Source of the DNA: Marsupella aquatica
Taxonomy: Eukaryota; Plantae; Marchantiophyta
NCBI GenBank assembly: GCA_973895155.1
Contig: OZ316891.1
Location: 14,353,037-14,417,036, forward strand
Direction: 5' to 3'
Length of the DNA: 64,000 bases
The translations under genes and the position numbers were made by a program. Below, in pieces: positions 54,649 to 64,000 of this stretch. The notes beneath the pieces were generated by a model. That model did no database searches. It saw only the letters and a program-made list of their open reading frames with translations, and was not told where the DNA came from. Every line of letters begins with the position of its first letter. The first letter of the stretch is position 1.

Positions 54649-57600
54649 TCATGGCACAGGCACACTGTTGGCATCTGCATCTCTGAATTCGCCTCCTTCA
54701 GCAAATGCATCTACCCTTGTCACAAGAATGAAGTCCCCGCTATCATGAACTATAGGCACTTGGTCTGAACGCCGACGATCAAAGGCACTATGAGAGTGTA
54801 AATGAAACTCAAGGTTTGATCCTTCCATCCGACGTTGCCTGGCCTGTTTATGACACACTACACGCCAACCTGGGAAGTCTTCCACATCCAGGAAAAAAAC
54901 TTGCTCCACCTGACTGGGAAACACAAATGGCTCAGATCATTCTGGCAATTTCCCTCTTAAATTGGCCAGCAAGAAACCGTCGTTGTCTCTCTTCATGGTA
55001 GCCCTATTACCAAGCCAATCATGCCGCACCCATGAACCTTTCATAAGAATCATAGGACTGGACACCGCCCCATAATCCAGAGCCCATATGTCAACTAATT
55101 CTCCCACATATCCCATCTCCATCCAAGCCTTATCGTGATTGTGGCTCTGTTGCTCAAATACAGTGATGAGCCCACAGTCATTTGTCACCCTGTAGGCACT
55201 GTCACCATCCTTCACTCGAAAGTGATTCCCATATGCTCTCATCCATTTGTAAGTCTTCACTTTCAGGCTAGGGGCATTAGACAGTAGGTAAACGTCTGCA
55301 TCCATGTCTGGGTGGGTCTCGTGATGCTCTCTAATTGCCACTCTAATCCACTCCATGAAACCTGGAAAAGTTGTTCCTGCAGTGGGATGGGTCGCCTTGA
55401 ATGACTCATACTCCCTGAATAAACAACCACACAGCATTAGCTTGGGTAAATATGAACAGGCTGAAGGAGAAAATCACACGCACACAACATTTAAGCTCAT
55501 GAACTGGATTATAGCACATGTATGCACTCAGTGTATCCAGGGTTCCATCACCACAGTGTTGTGCAATACAAAGTCATGTGCCAAGTCTCTCATAGATGTG
55601 GTCAGGTTCTTTGTGGTTGCAGCCTCTTCCAGTACTTCACCTATCACCCCTTCCTCCTCATCAGAATTCCACACCCTGGTCTTCACATGCTCATATTGTG
55701 CTATGTATTTGGTCAGAAATCCCAGAGTCTCATCCTTGATGTAACCTTTAGCCATGCTTGCTTCAAGTTTGTAATATGTTCTCACGTGACCTTTGAGTAG
55801 CTTCATGTACCGTTCCAAAGGGTACAACCAACGAGCACTCACAGGCCCAAATTGGTGTAGCTCTTCCACAACATGGACAAGTAGATGGGTCATGACATCA
55901 AAAAATGCGGGAGGAAAATAAATCTCCAGGTCACACAGCACCTGAGCGACATCTTCTGTCAGTTGTGGGAAGTGTGTTTCATCCCAAACCTTCACACAAA
56001 TACGACGAAACACAACACTAAGTTGCATGATCACATTACGAATAGGCTTCTACAACAGGCCCCTCAGACATAAAGGCAACACCTGTTGCATCAACATATG
56101 GTAGTCATGGCTTTTCATACTACCAAGCTTTCTAGTCATGATATGCTTCTTGAAAGCACTGCCATAGTTTGAAGGAACCTTCAAAGAACTCAACCTCTGC
56201 ACAAATAGTTGCCACTCTGTGTTTGTCAGAACATAGGGCGCTTGGTACTTCAAGAGCACATCAGCTCTGTGGGCATGTGGCCTCAACCAAAGATGGGGTT
56301 TCATTCCCCTCTGTTCAAGATCCAATCTCACTGAACCAGTGTCTTTCTCTCCACACAAGAATCTGAGTAGACTCTCACAAATATTCTTCTCAATGTGCAT
56401 AACATCAATGTTATGTTTGCTTGGCTCAAACTCCTGCACCGTTGCAATGCAAAAGCGTCAGCAAATACCTCAAGTTTAGTCTCTCTCTTCGAAATGAATG
56501 CACATGCTCTGAACCAAAATATGTATCCCAATTAGCATCAACTCCAAGAGGCTTACCCTCCAATACTTGAGCTCCAAGTCCAATATGCTCAGTCTTTTTA
56601 CACCATATCGCTTTATTGGATCACTCACTCCATCTTCCCTGCCCCCTCGTTTGATGTAGTCATCCCTCAGTGCTCCCCACTGCCTGATCTCCTCTTTGGT
56701 CACTCGTGCCGGGGGTCCACGTTGCTCAATCTCATTGCCAAAGCTCGGGGGGTTGACTATCAAAAATCTTAGGAACCACGTGCGATCCAAAATAGGTGAT
56801 TTTCATAGAGATTAATTACAATTTTAAAAAGCGTAGGAAGCAAAGGAAGGTATTATAAACCCATATTTGTAGAATATTCTCTAATATATACCTTTTATAA
56901 AATAATATAGATCATTAATATTAAGAATAGAGAGTATTTTTGGAATATTCCCGTTATAAAATAGGCGTGTTTATATTAGGCTAGGATTGCACGTGGTACC
57001 CCAAAATATATACTAAGTTAACTCCCTGAGTGCCAAAGTGTGCAATTAGTGCTTGTCTTTCTCTGTAAGGGTGATCTGCCTTCAAAAAATGACGATGGCC
57101 CATGTATATCACTTTCTGCAGGGCTCTGGAGTACTCACTGGTGACATTGCGCCCACAGATAGTACAAGCACAATATCCTTTTGTTGTTTGGCCTGATATC
57201 ATCCCATGGGCTGGGTAGTCAGCTATAGTCAGAATGATGATGGCTCTAAGGATGAATGGGTTTAACCTCCCAAGCCTCTGTAGGACATCATATGTGAGGA
57301 CTCCTTCCTCCCAAAGCTTGCTCAATTCCTCCACTAGGGGAGCCAAAAACACATCTATGTTGGCAGATACAACACTGTCTGGCCCTGGTATCAGTAGGAC
57401 CATCAGAACAAAAAATTGCTTTGTAGTCATCCAAGGAGGAAGGTTATAATTCAAAATAGTTACAGGCCAACACAAAAATTTGTTGTTCTTGTCTCCAAAT
57501 GGGTTTACCCCATCCAATGACAGCCCAAGTCTGACATTCCTCGGCTCAGCAGCAAATTTGGGATACATTTCATCTATGAGTTTCCATTGCCTTGAATCTG

Positions 57601-58700
57601 CGGCATGTCGTTGTAGCCCATCATCACTTTTCTTGTCAGTTGCCCAAGTCATCATCTCCGAGATGGCACGGCTTCTGAACATCCGCTGAAGTCTGGGAAT
57701 GAGTGGAAAATGACGAAGTACCTTGGCGGGAACCATAGACTTTCCTGAGTTCCGATACCTGTGCTTCCCACACTTAGGGCATGTCAACGATTCTGCATAC
57801 TCCTTTCTGAAAAGAACATGCCCATCAGGACAGGCATGGATCGAATCATAGTTCAATCCAAGATTAGATATGCATCTTTTTGCCTCGTACATGTTCTTGG
57901 GCAAAATATTACCATCTGGTAGCACAGTTGTTCGCAAGAATGCCAACAACTCAGAAACCAAAACATTGGGGACATTGTGGTTGCCGCAAATATTCAGGAA
58001 CATGATGACAAATCCCAGTTTAGAACATTTGCTACCGAGGTACAAAGACTTCCTGCCTTCCTGTATTTGCAGGGGAGAGCCAAACATCCCATCATGCCCA
58101 GGGGTTTCCTGCCCTATCTCAAACTCATCAAGAGGCTCTTCGATAGGGGGCACACTTGCATCTGCAGCCGTATCCTCTTCGTTGTCCAGCCCATCATGAA
58201 ATGCATCCAAGTCTTGGAAGATGTCTCTCACCATCTCTTCCACATGAATTCCTTCGTCATGTGGTGTTGCCTGAGCACCATCCCGTTGGAGAGCTGACAA
58301 CCCACAGAGACCAGCTACAACATTTTCAAAGGCAGAACCTCACTTGCCCGTCTTGCAGCATTGGCAGCATCAAATTCTAACCTCCACTCCTCGTCGGAAG
58401 AATCTTCCTCTGTAGGATCATTCCAAACTCGATGTTGTGGATCTCTTCCATGAACCGCGATATGCCGCCAAACCTCATTCAGACCCCTGGTACGGGATCC
58501 TTGGTAGATTGCACAAGGACATCTCATCCTACTGGCTCCTGAAAGTCTGGTTTGTAACCTTTCACGCTGCCAAAGCTTATTATCATGGCGTGATATCCTT
58601 GCACGGGATGATGCAAAGGCAATGCCTGTGCCCTGGGCTGGGTCTGGGGAGGGTGGTGACCAGGGTGCATTGTAACAGGTTGGGAGCTCTACAGTCATGG
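54649..58700 (-). pseudogene. CACTA TnpD transposase (Transpos_assoc, Transposase_21, DUF4218, DUF4216), disrupted
   Basis: MRCPCAI...RHIAVHG; IHACPDGHVLF; KVLRHFPLIPRLQRMF; EPRNVRLGLSLDGVNPF; NYNLPPW; DYPAHG; YMGHRHFL; IDVMHIEKNICES; MKSHDYH; FPPAFFDVMTHLLVH; WLYPLERYM; EPFVFPSQVEQVFF. MITE insertion plus in-frame stops at ~56051, ~55529, ~54938. Confidence 0.93.
56744..57030. mobile_element. 287-bp MITE with 8-bp TSD nested in TnpD (hAT- or Mutator-like)
   Basis: TSD TGCCAAAG at 56736-56743 and 57031-57038. Imperfect ~45-bp TIRs: CTCGGGGGGTTGACT...CCACGTGCGATCC vs reverse complement CTCAGGGAGTTAACT...CCACGTGCAATCC. Removing it restores the reading IAHFGNEIEQ. Confidence 0.9.
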
Positions 58701-58999
58701 ACAGCAGTGAACAAGGATGCCTAATGGTGGTATTTGTGTTCCATATATCCCTGACTGTATCTGCCAAAAGAGTTAACATAACGTGTACTAAATTCTCACA
58801 AACCCTAAACCACCCCAAAAGAAAAAAACAGGTTCGCGAGTAGTGTACCTATTGTCAAGTGAATGACACAAAATTCCTAAATGTTGGAGGGTGTCACCAC
58901 CTCCTCCGCTGTCCTCAAATGTACCGCCTCTGCATGTACACCCATTACCATATCAGAGTCCAATCATGTATAGTCACAGGCACACGTGTGAGAGCGGTA

Positions 59000-59440
59000 T
59001 CACATATCTCACCTTATTACCAGGTGAGATATGGGTACCAACCCTGTTCTCGATGCCACTCAGACCTCAGGTACTCAGGCATGTACATTAAATCATCAAG
59101 GTCTAAACCCTGCTCATGCCATGGGGTCTTGCATCCATGCCTACAAGCAGTGGATGCAATGCCCTCCACTGGGGGCAAGTTGCTACCAAGTCCCTCCACC
59201 GTGTATTAATTTGTCTATATTTGCAGATATCTTGTGCACAGGACACCACAAGAACCCTCGGCCATACATGTGAAAGAACTATATCATCTGCCAAATCAGA
59301 CAACAAGGAACCACCTACAACATCGGGCTTGTCTAACTCATCTGCTGAAAAGTAGATGTCCACTTTGGACTGTGCATCCTCATTCACGATAGATTCAACG
59401 TCTCTTGCATCCTCAGGCGGTGCCAAGAAATGTTTTAGCA
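59000..59440 (-). pseudogene. F-box-domain protein (TE-associated), C-terminal part decayed
   Basis: SLLSDLADDIVLSHVWPRVLVVSCAQDICKYRQINTRWRDLV fits the F-box consensus L..LP.DI...I...L....L.....V.K.W..L. Confidence 0.65.
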
Positions 59441-59740
59441 CCAACCCATGCAGGAGAGTCCTAACTGTGGCCAGCCATATGGCAACCCGAAGGAGGAGCT
59501 GTAATAGCGCTTGTTGATCTAGGAAAGGCAACATACCCACCAAAGTCTGTCGCCTAGATTTGAGCCCACCCAGTACGTTTACAGTGACATCCCAAGGCAG
59601 CAGGAAACAATAATCCGCCAACATTAAAATAAGCCCAACTGCCACCAACCATAACAAGGTACATTAGTTCAAAGATCACATTTATTTCAATGATCTTATT
59701 TATACAAAAAAACTTGTGTCCAAACTGATGCTACTACTCC

Positions 59741-60617
59741 TCACTCTGATTCAGAATCGCTAATGACCCATTCCTCACTTGTTGTCTCATAGTCCTCTCT
59801 GTAAGGATCCTGACCCTTCCGTGGCCAGGCCTCAAAAAGATCATAGTCCATTGGGTTTTGACGCTTCCCAGCTGCTTCTGATTCCACAAGCCAAGCATAT
59901 GAAACCACAAACACATTATGGGACATGACATAAAAGTGAATGTCTCCCTTCCCAAACTTGCGGCAGGCTTTGGGATATGACTTAGTAATGACATGAGTGG
60001 TGTCCTCTGTTATATTCTCCTCCACTGTCCCACCTAGGTCAAGCACTGTGGACTTGTACACTTTGCACTTAACCTCTCCAATTCCCGCCTCCATAAATAC
60101 CATGCTCAGCCCTTTCAGAATGGGGGTTGGTTGCTTCGTCTCCTCAACCAACATACTCTTCAGCCTTGTAGAGCTCTGTCCTTTGTTGAGTACAGGTCCA
60201 TATTGGAGATCAGCAAGCCGTGCCTTTGCTTCCCAGACTTCTTGTTCAGCCCAAGCTGATGTAGTAGCTTCTTCATCCTCCCACAACTCATATTGCTTAG
60301 TATCCTATACAATCTTATGTGCTATGGAATCTGTGATCCAAGGCCTCAACTACTTTTAGGCCTTGCTTAGTAATTGCAGAATTCATGTAGGACCATGACC
60401 ACTTCTTTATCACTAATAGCCATGTCCCTGTAACAACATGTGTAGTCTCTGGAGTGATGTCCTGAACGACAATGCCATGGAGCTCAAAGAATCGTTTCTG
60501 TACAGTTGGCCAATGTACTTTGGTCAACCCATGCTGGCCATGGACCAAAATCGCTCTGACCCCTGTAAACTCTGATGGGTGGTCACACTTTCTACGTTTC
60601 CCAGGCTCCATGTACAC
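59741..60617 (-). pseudogene. Tandem BRCT-domain protein (Pol lambda/TdT-type BRCT), one frameshift and one stop
   Basis: BRCT1: FTGVRAILV...HGIVVQDITPETTHVV..., frameshift ~60346, PWITDSIAHKIV*DTKQYEL. BRCT2: LKGLSMVFMEAG...LGGTVEENITEDTTHVIT...KFGK...VVSYAWLVESEAAGKRQNPMDYDL. Confidence 0.8.
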
Positions 60618-61203
60618 ACACCCTACGTGATGACAGTGAATTTTGGAAGAATGGGTTCACTTGACAATACAAGGACAACAAAATTCCTACTTTTTGAGTT
60701 GATCTGGCCCACTAGTGCTCAGGTCCGATTTTGATAGGTACAAGGGATATGTGAACAATACGTACTAGGCACTTGCACGTATGCAGGATATTGTTTGAAT
60801 ATATACTACAAAATCCATATCGAAGGTGAAATGAAGTGCAACCAACTTGTCATGGCACATACATATTTTGTTGTAAAGGAGGATACATTCAATGACAAAC
60901 TTATAGGGCAATTTGATTAATTGCATGCTTGATAATTTATACGCTTACAACTTAGAAGTCCTATTTTAATTTAGCAGTCTGATGAAAATGTTTATGAAAA
61001 TGACCACTCAGCCTAAATACTTCCAAGAAGGCTTGTAAGGATAAGTTTTTATAGGCATGTACCCAGCCACTGACGCCAGAGCACAAGATAAGTGCTGCCT
61101 ATATAAACTCGCCTACCCAACTCCTTTTCAAAATTGGAATCTCTACAATCTCAAAAAATAGTACATCCACATCAGGTGCACTGTGCATGTACAATGTTTA
61201 GCT

Positions 61204-61887
61204 TCACAGCCAAGATATGTGATCTCTCACAGGAGTGCGCAAGGTAGGATCAAGGGCATGGCGATGACAATAAAATATCCATCGATCAACACCATGTGCA
61301 GAGTGATCATAGATTTCTCTGTCACAAGCATAACCCTCTGCTTGACGATCTTTCAGGCAATGATAGTGCCACGTGGGACACCGAGCACAGTGGACTATGT
61401 CAGTCCAGTAGTCATCATCATGCTCACCACATGCCTTGCACCTATGAAGTGGGCAAGCTGTGGCATGAGCAGGCAAACACTCAAAATAGAAAAATCTCAC
61501 ACAAAAACGGTCTGGACATTTCCTAACATTTGCTGCAGCATCAACAGAGCCCTCATAGGACCCCAACTTCCCACACTGTGCATACTTAGCCTGCTTCTCC
61601 AAACAATCAGTGCACATCCAGTCTCCCTGGTGTGTTGACGGGAGGCCCACCCCTGGACAGTTGTTTTCTGCAGCAAGGTCAGACTCCGGGTTGAGGTGGA
61701 AATGCCTCATGCAAGGGCCCTCACAAATGACCAGGCCCCCACCATCGTCACAAATGGCACAACAATGAGCTACCTTCTGGAAAATCTGACTTGCAGAGAA
61801 GTTAGTAGCATCTGCCCCAAGTACACCTGTGTTTCTCACCTCTGTCACACGCTTTTTGGCTTGAATTTTAGCTAGGTCGTGCCATGC
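61204..61887 (-). CDS. EDM2-like triple PHD-finger module (last exon of a TE-associated gene; upstream exon appears decayed)
   Basis: CAICDDGGGLVICEGPCMRHFH...WMCTDC...CGKLGS...CPLHRCKAC...CARCP...IFYCHRHALDPTLRTPVRDHI parallels Arabidopsis EDM2 as recalled (CAICDNGG..CEGSCLRSFH, CPLHKC, TPVRDH). Splice acceptor at 61889/61888. Confidence 0.8.
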   Translation of the reverse strand, partial: AWHDLAKIQAKKRVTEVRNTGVLGADATNFSASQIFQKVAHCCAICDDGGGLVICEGPCMRHFHLNPESDLAAENNCPGVGLPSTHQGDWMCTDCLEKQAKYAQCGKLGSYEGSVDAAANVRKCPDRFCVRFFYFECLPAHATACPLHRCKACGEHDDDYWTDIVHCARCPTWHYHCLKDRQAEGYACDREIYDHSAHGVDRWIFYCHRHALDPTLRTPVRDHISWL

Positions 61888-61896
61888 CTGCGCATG

Positions 61897-62040
61897 AGAT
61901 AGACTCTACAATTTAGCAGACTGCGCAGAAAGTAAAATATATTTAGCATTTAAGGTACAAAGGCATTTAGATAGACTCTACAATTTAGCAGACTGCACAG
62001 AAAGTAAAATATATTTAGCATTTAAGGTACAAAGGCATTT
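61897..62040. repeat. 72-bp tandem duplication in the intron before the PHD exon
   Basis: agatagactctacaatttagcagactgc(g/a)cagaaag...aggcattt twice (61897-61968, 61969-62040), 1 mismatch. Confidence 0.95.
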
Positions 62041-62654
62041 GCTACTGCAATGAATTGGAATGGCCACACAAGGATGCAGAGCACACATACTTTTGGTATG
62101 TTGAGCCCACACACAAAACTGATCCCCTAATACAATTTCTCCACCAACACCTCAATTTTAATTGTGGCTATGATTCACCAAAGGAGATCTGCAACAACAT
62201 TTCATGCATTTGAATCACATACAATAGTCGTGACATGTAAAACAGGCATTCTTCGAAGAGGATTGGTATGAAGCAGTGTCATAAGGGTTGAAATTTATAC
62301 ATCCTAAATAGGCTATGATAGTGGCTGAGACAAATAAGTGAGGCATAAATCACATTTTGCAGGTTATCACATGGCCCATTAATTCATTCAACGTGGCAAT
62401 GTTCACCAGGTTAAAGCAATATTAAAGCAGTCTTTCAATAGAGACTTTTAAGCGAGTTTGCTAGCCTCCTAAATTAGGATATTTTGCTTAGTGCAGGCAT
62501 AATAGGATAAGTTATGTACTGTTGACCCTAAACCCTGGACCCAAAATTGCTTATACATCAAAATTTTAAGTAAATATCCTCTGTGTTGAAGGCAGAGTGT
62601 TAAGCTATAGGTCAATGGTATCTGGTCTATGCATGTGGTGTGACAAGTGGTCCT

Positions 62655-63104
62655 CTAGAGCATGTGATCCAAACATGTGTAGACACCAAAGCCACCAGTG
62701 GTGGGGTCTGGGAGGGCAGGACAAGTGACATCACCAGGCACACTGCAGGATGGCGAGTGGTTCCAGATGATACATTGTGCTCTGTGCAAAAATCGGCATC
62801 CAAGAGAACGGTCATCCAATTTTGGGCCAGAAGCCCTACAGGTAGGACAGTTATATTGGCAACTATGCACACACCCTTGGCACCTAATTTGTGGCGGGTC
62901 ATGTACAAGAGACACAAATACCAAGGATGTCGGGAAGGGTACTGAAGCAGGTAGAGGCCGGCTATAGTTGTTCCTGGAAACAACAGGGTACTCAAAGTAC
63001 CATGCAGACTGGGCTGGAAGGATCCCAAGTCTGACATACTCAAGGTACAACATCTCTGCCTTGCATGCAAGCCGCACATGTTCAGCGTTGCGGGTCCTCA
63101 CCAT
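62655..63104 (-). CDS. Cys-rich hypothetical protein, 149 aa (TE-associated)
   Basis: ATG-initiated ORF with CQGCVHSCQYNCPTC...CRFLHRAQC; co-oriented with the other genes; no family recognised. Confidence 0.45.
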   Translation of the reverse strand: MVRTRNAEHVRLACKAEMLYLEYVRLGILPAQSAWYFEYPVVSRNNYSRPLPASVPFPTSLVFVSLVHDPPQIRCQGCVHSCQYNCPTCRASGPKLDDRSLGCRFLHRAQCIIWNHSPSCSVPGDVTCPALPDPTTGGFGVYTCLDHML

Positions 63105-63405
63105 AAGTGTTGCTTTCGTTGTGACGTCCTCTATTCACGTCCTTTGATGAGCAAGGCGAGCAGGAGGTTGACTTGCCTCACCAACAACAACCAACCTAAA
63201 CTAATCAGTTCCCACTCACTGTCTTGGTTCCAACTACAGGTCATAGTATACACATAGCATGAAACGTGCATAGTACATATTTGATTCTGAGTTTATGAGT
63301 TTCCTAAGACAAAGAGCTTGGTGATAAACCCATGTTCTCAACGGACATGTATATCAATCATATTAAAATCCTATTTTTTCATCCAGAAAGACCGAAAGTC
63401 TCACC

Positions 63406-64000
63406 TTGCAGGTTGCAGCAGAGAGAAAATTCATTGGCTATCGTGTTGTGCAAGTGAACCTCCACTGATGCCCCCGGTGTAGCCCCTCAGATGCAGGTGA
63501 CACTTAGCAACTCCCAAGTTGCCTGGTCTAACAGAAAATGCTTATATCTTCAGAATTTTATAGAGCAAGTACATGATCACATGGCATTGGCCCTACCAAA
63601 CTGTACGTTCACCTGATTGAATGGAGAAGCATTGCTCATTGGGGTGAATACACTAGCAGTACTCGATGGCCCAGTTGAAGGCAAAAGAGACTACAATATT
63701 TAGAAAGAGTCAACTCTACACTTGGTTCATACAATACTTCTGGAACTATTCATATTTGGCCTTATGGAACTCTTGCCAACTACAACTCCTACTATGCACA
63801 AGCTCACATCAACAGAGAAAGGATACAGAATGCATACTTACTATGGCTCTAAGCACCTTCACTACCTTGTTGAACCCAGTCCTGAAGTCTTTTCAGCACG
63901 TTTGCTGTGCTGTCTCCTTTGGCACCAAACACCTTAGTCCTTGATGTAACAGAATGCGATTTTACAAGTTAGATGCTTTGGAACCTTCTATGGTCTTAGC
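63406..64000 (-). pseudogene. Decayed multi-exon gene of unknown function
   Basis: Splice-flanked segments read AFNWAIEYC*CIHPNEQCFSIQS|DQATWELLSVTCI*GATPGHQWRFTCTTR*PMNFLSAATCK|, with TAG/TGA stops compatible with C>T changes. Confidence 0.35.

Larger units (their letters stand above)
48260..64000 (-). mobile_element. CACTA/En-Spm DNA transposon; 3' terminus at 48260, 5' terminus not seen and probably beyond the window
   Basis: CACTAGAAGAATCCG at 48260 followed by dense GTGAC/GAGAC/GTCAC subterminal repeats; minus-strand TnpD and TnpA-like genes; CpG-poor sequence with co-oriented ORFs continues to the window end. Extent beyond ~58.8 kb is inferred. Confidence 0.85.

Overview
Eukaryotic, intron-rich land-plant DNA. 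An axonemal dynein implies a lineage with flagellated sperm (bryophyte, lycophyte or fern; a liverwort is plausible but not provable here). The first 47 kb hold four host genes: a peroxisomal-type ascorbate peroxidase (+, 5'-truncated), a ~31.5 kb inner-arm dynein heavy chain (-), a C-terminal J-domain protein (+) and zeta-carotene isomerase Z-ISO (-). From 48260 to the window end lies a large, partly decayed CACTA/En-Spm transposon on the minus strand, with TnpD and TnpA-like genes and a nested MITE. Upstream of the transposase is an unusual co-oriented gene set: an EDM2-type triple-PHD module, a tandem BRCT (Pol-lambda-like), an F-box and Cys-rich or unknown ORFs. The TnpA-like gene also has a GW/WG-rich (AGO-hook-like) segment, and its intron holds a CpG-retaining array of 18-bp palindromes. 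Together these suggest a candidate transposon-borne anti-silencing/host-manipulation system. That is inference, family assignments come from remembered motifs rather than searches, and the element's other end is not in the window.
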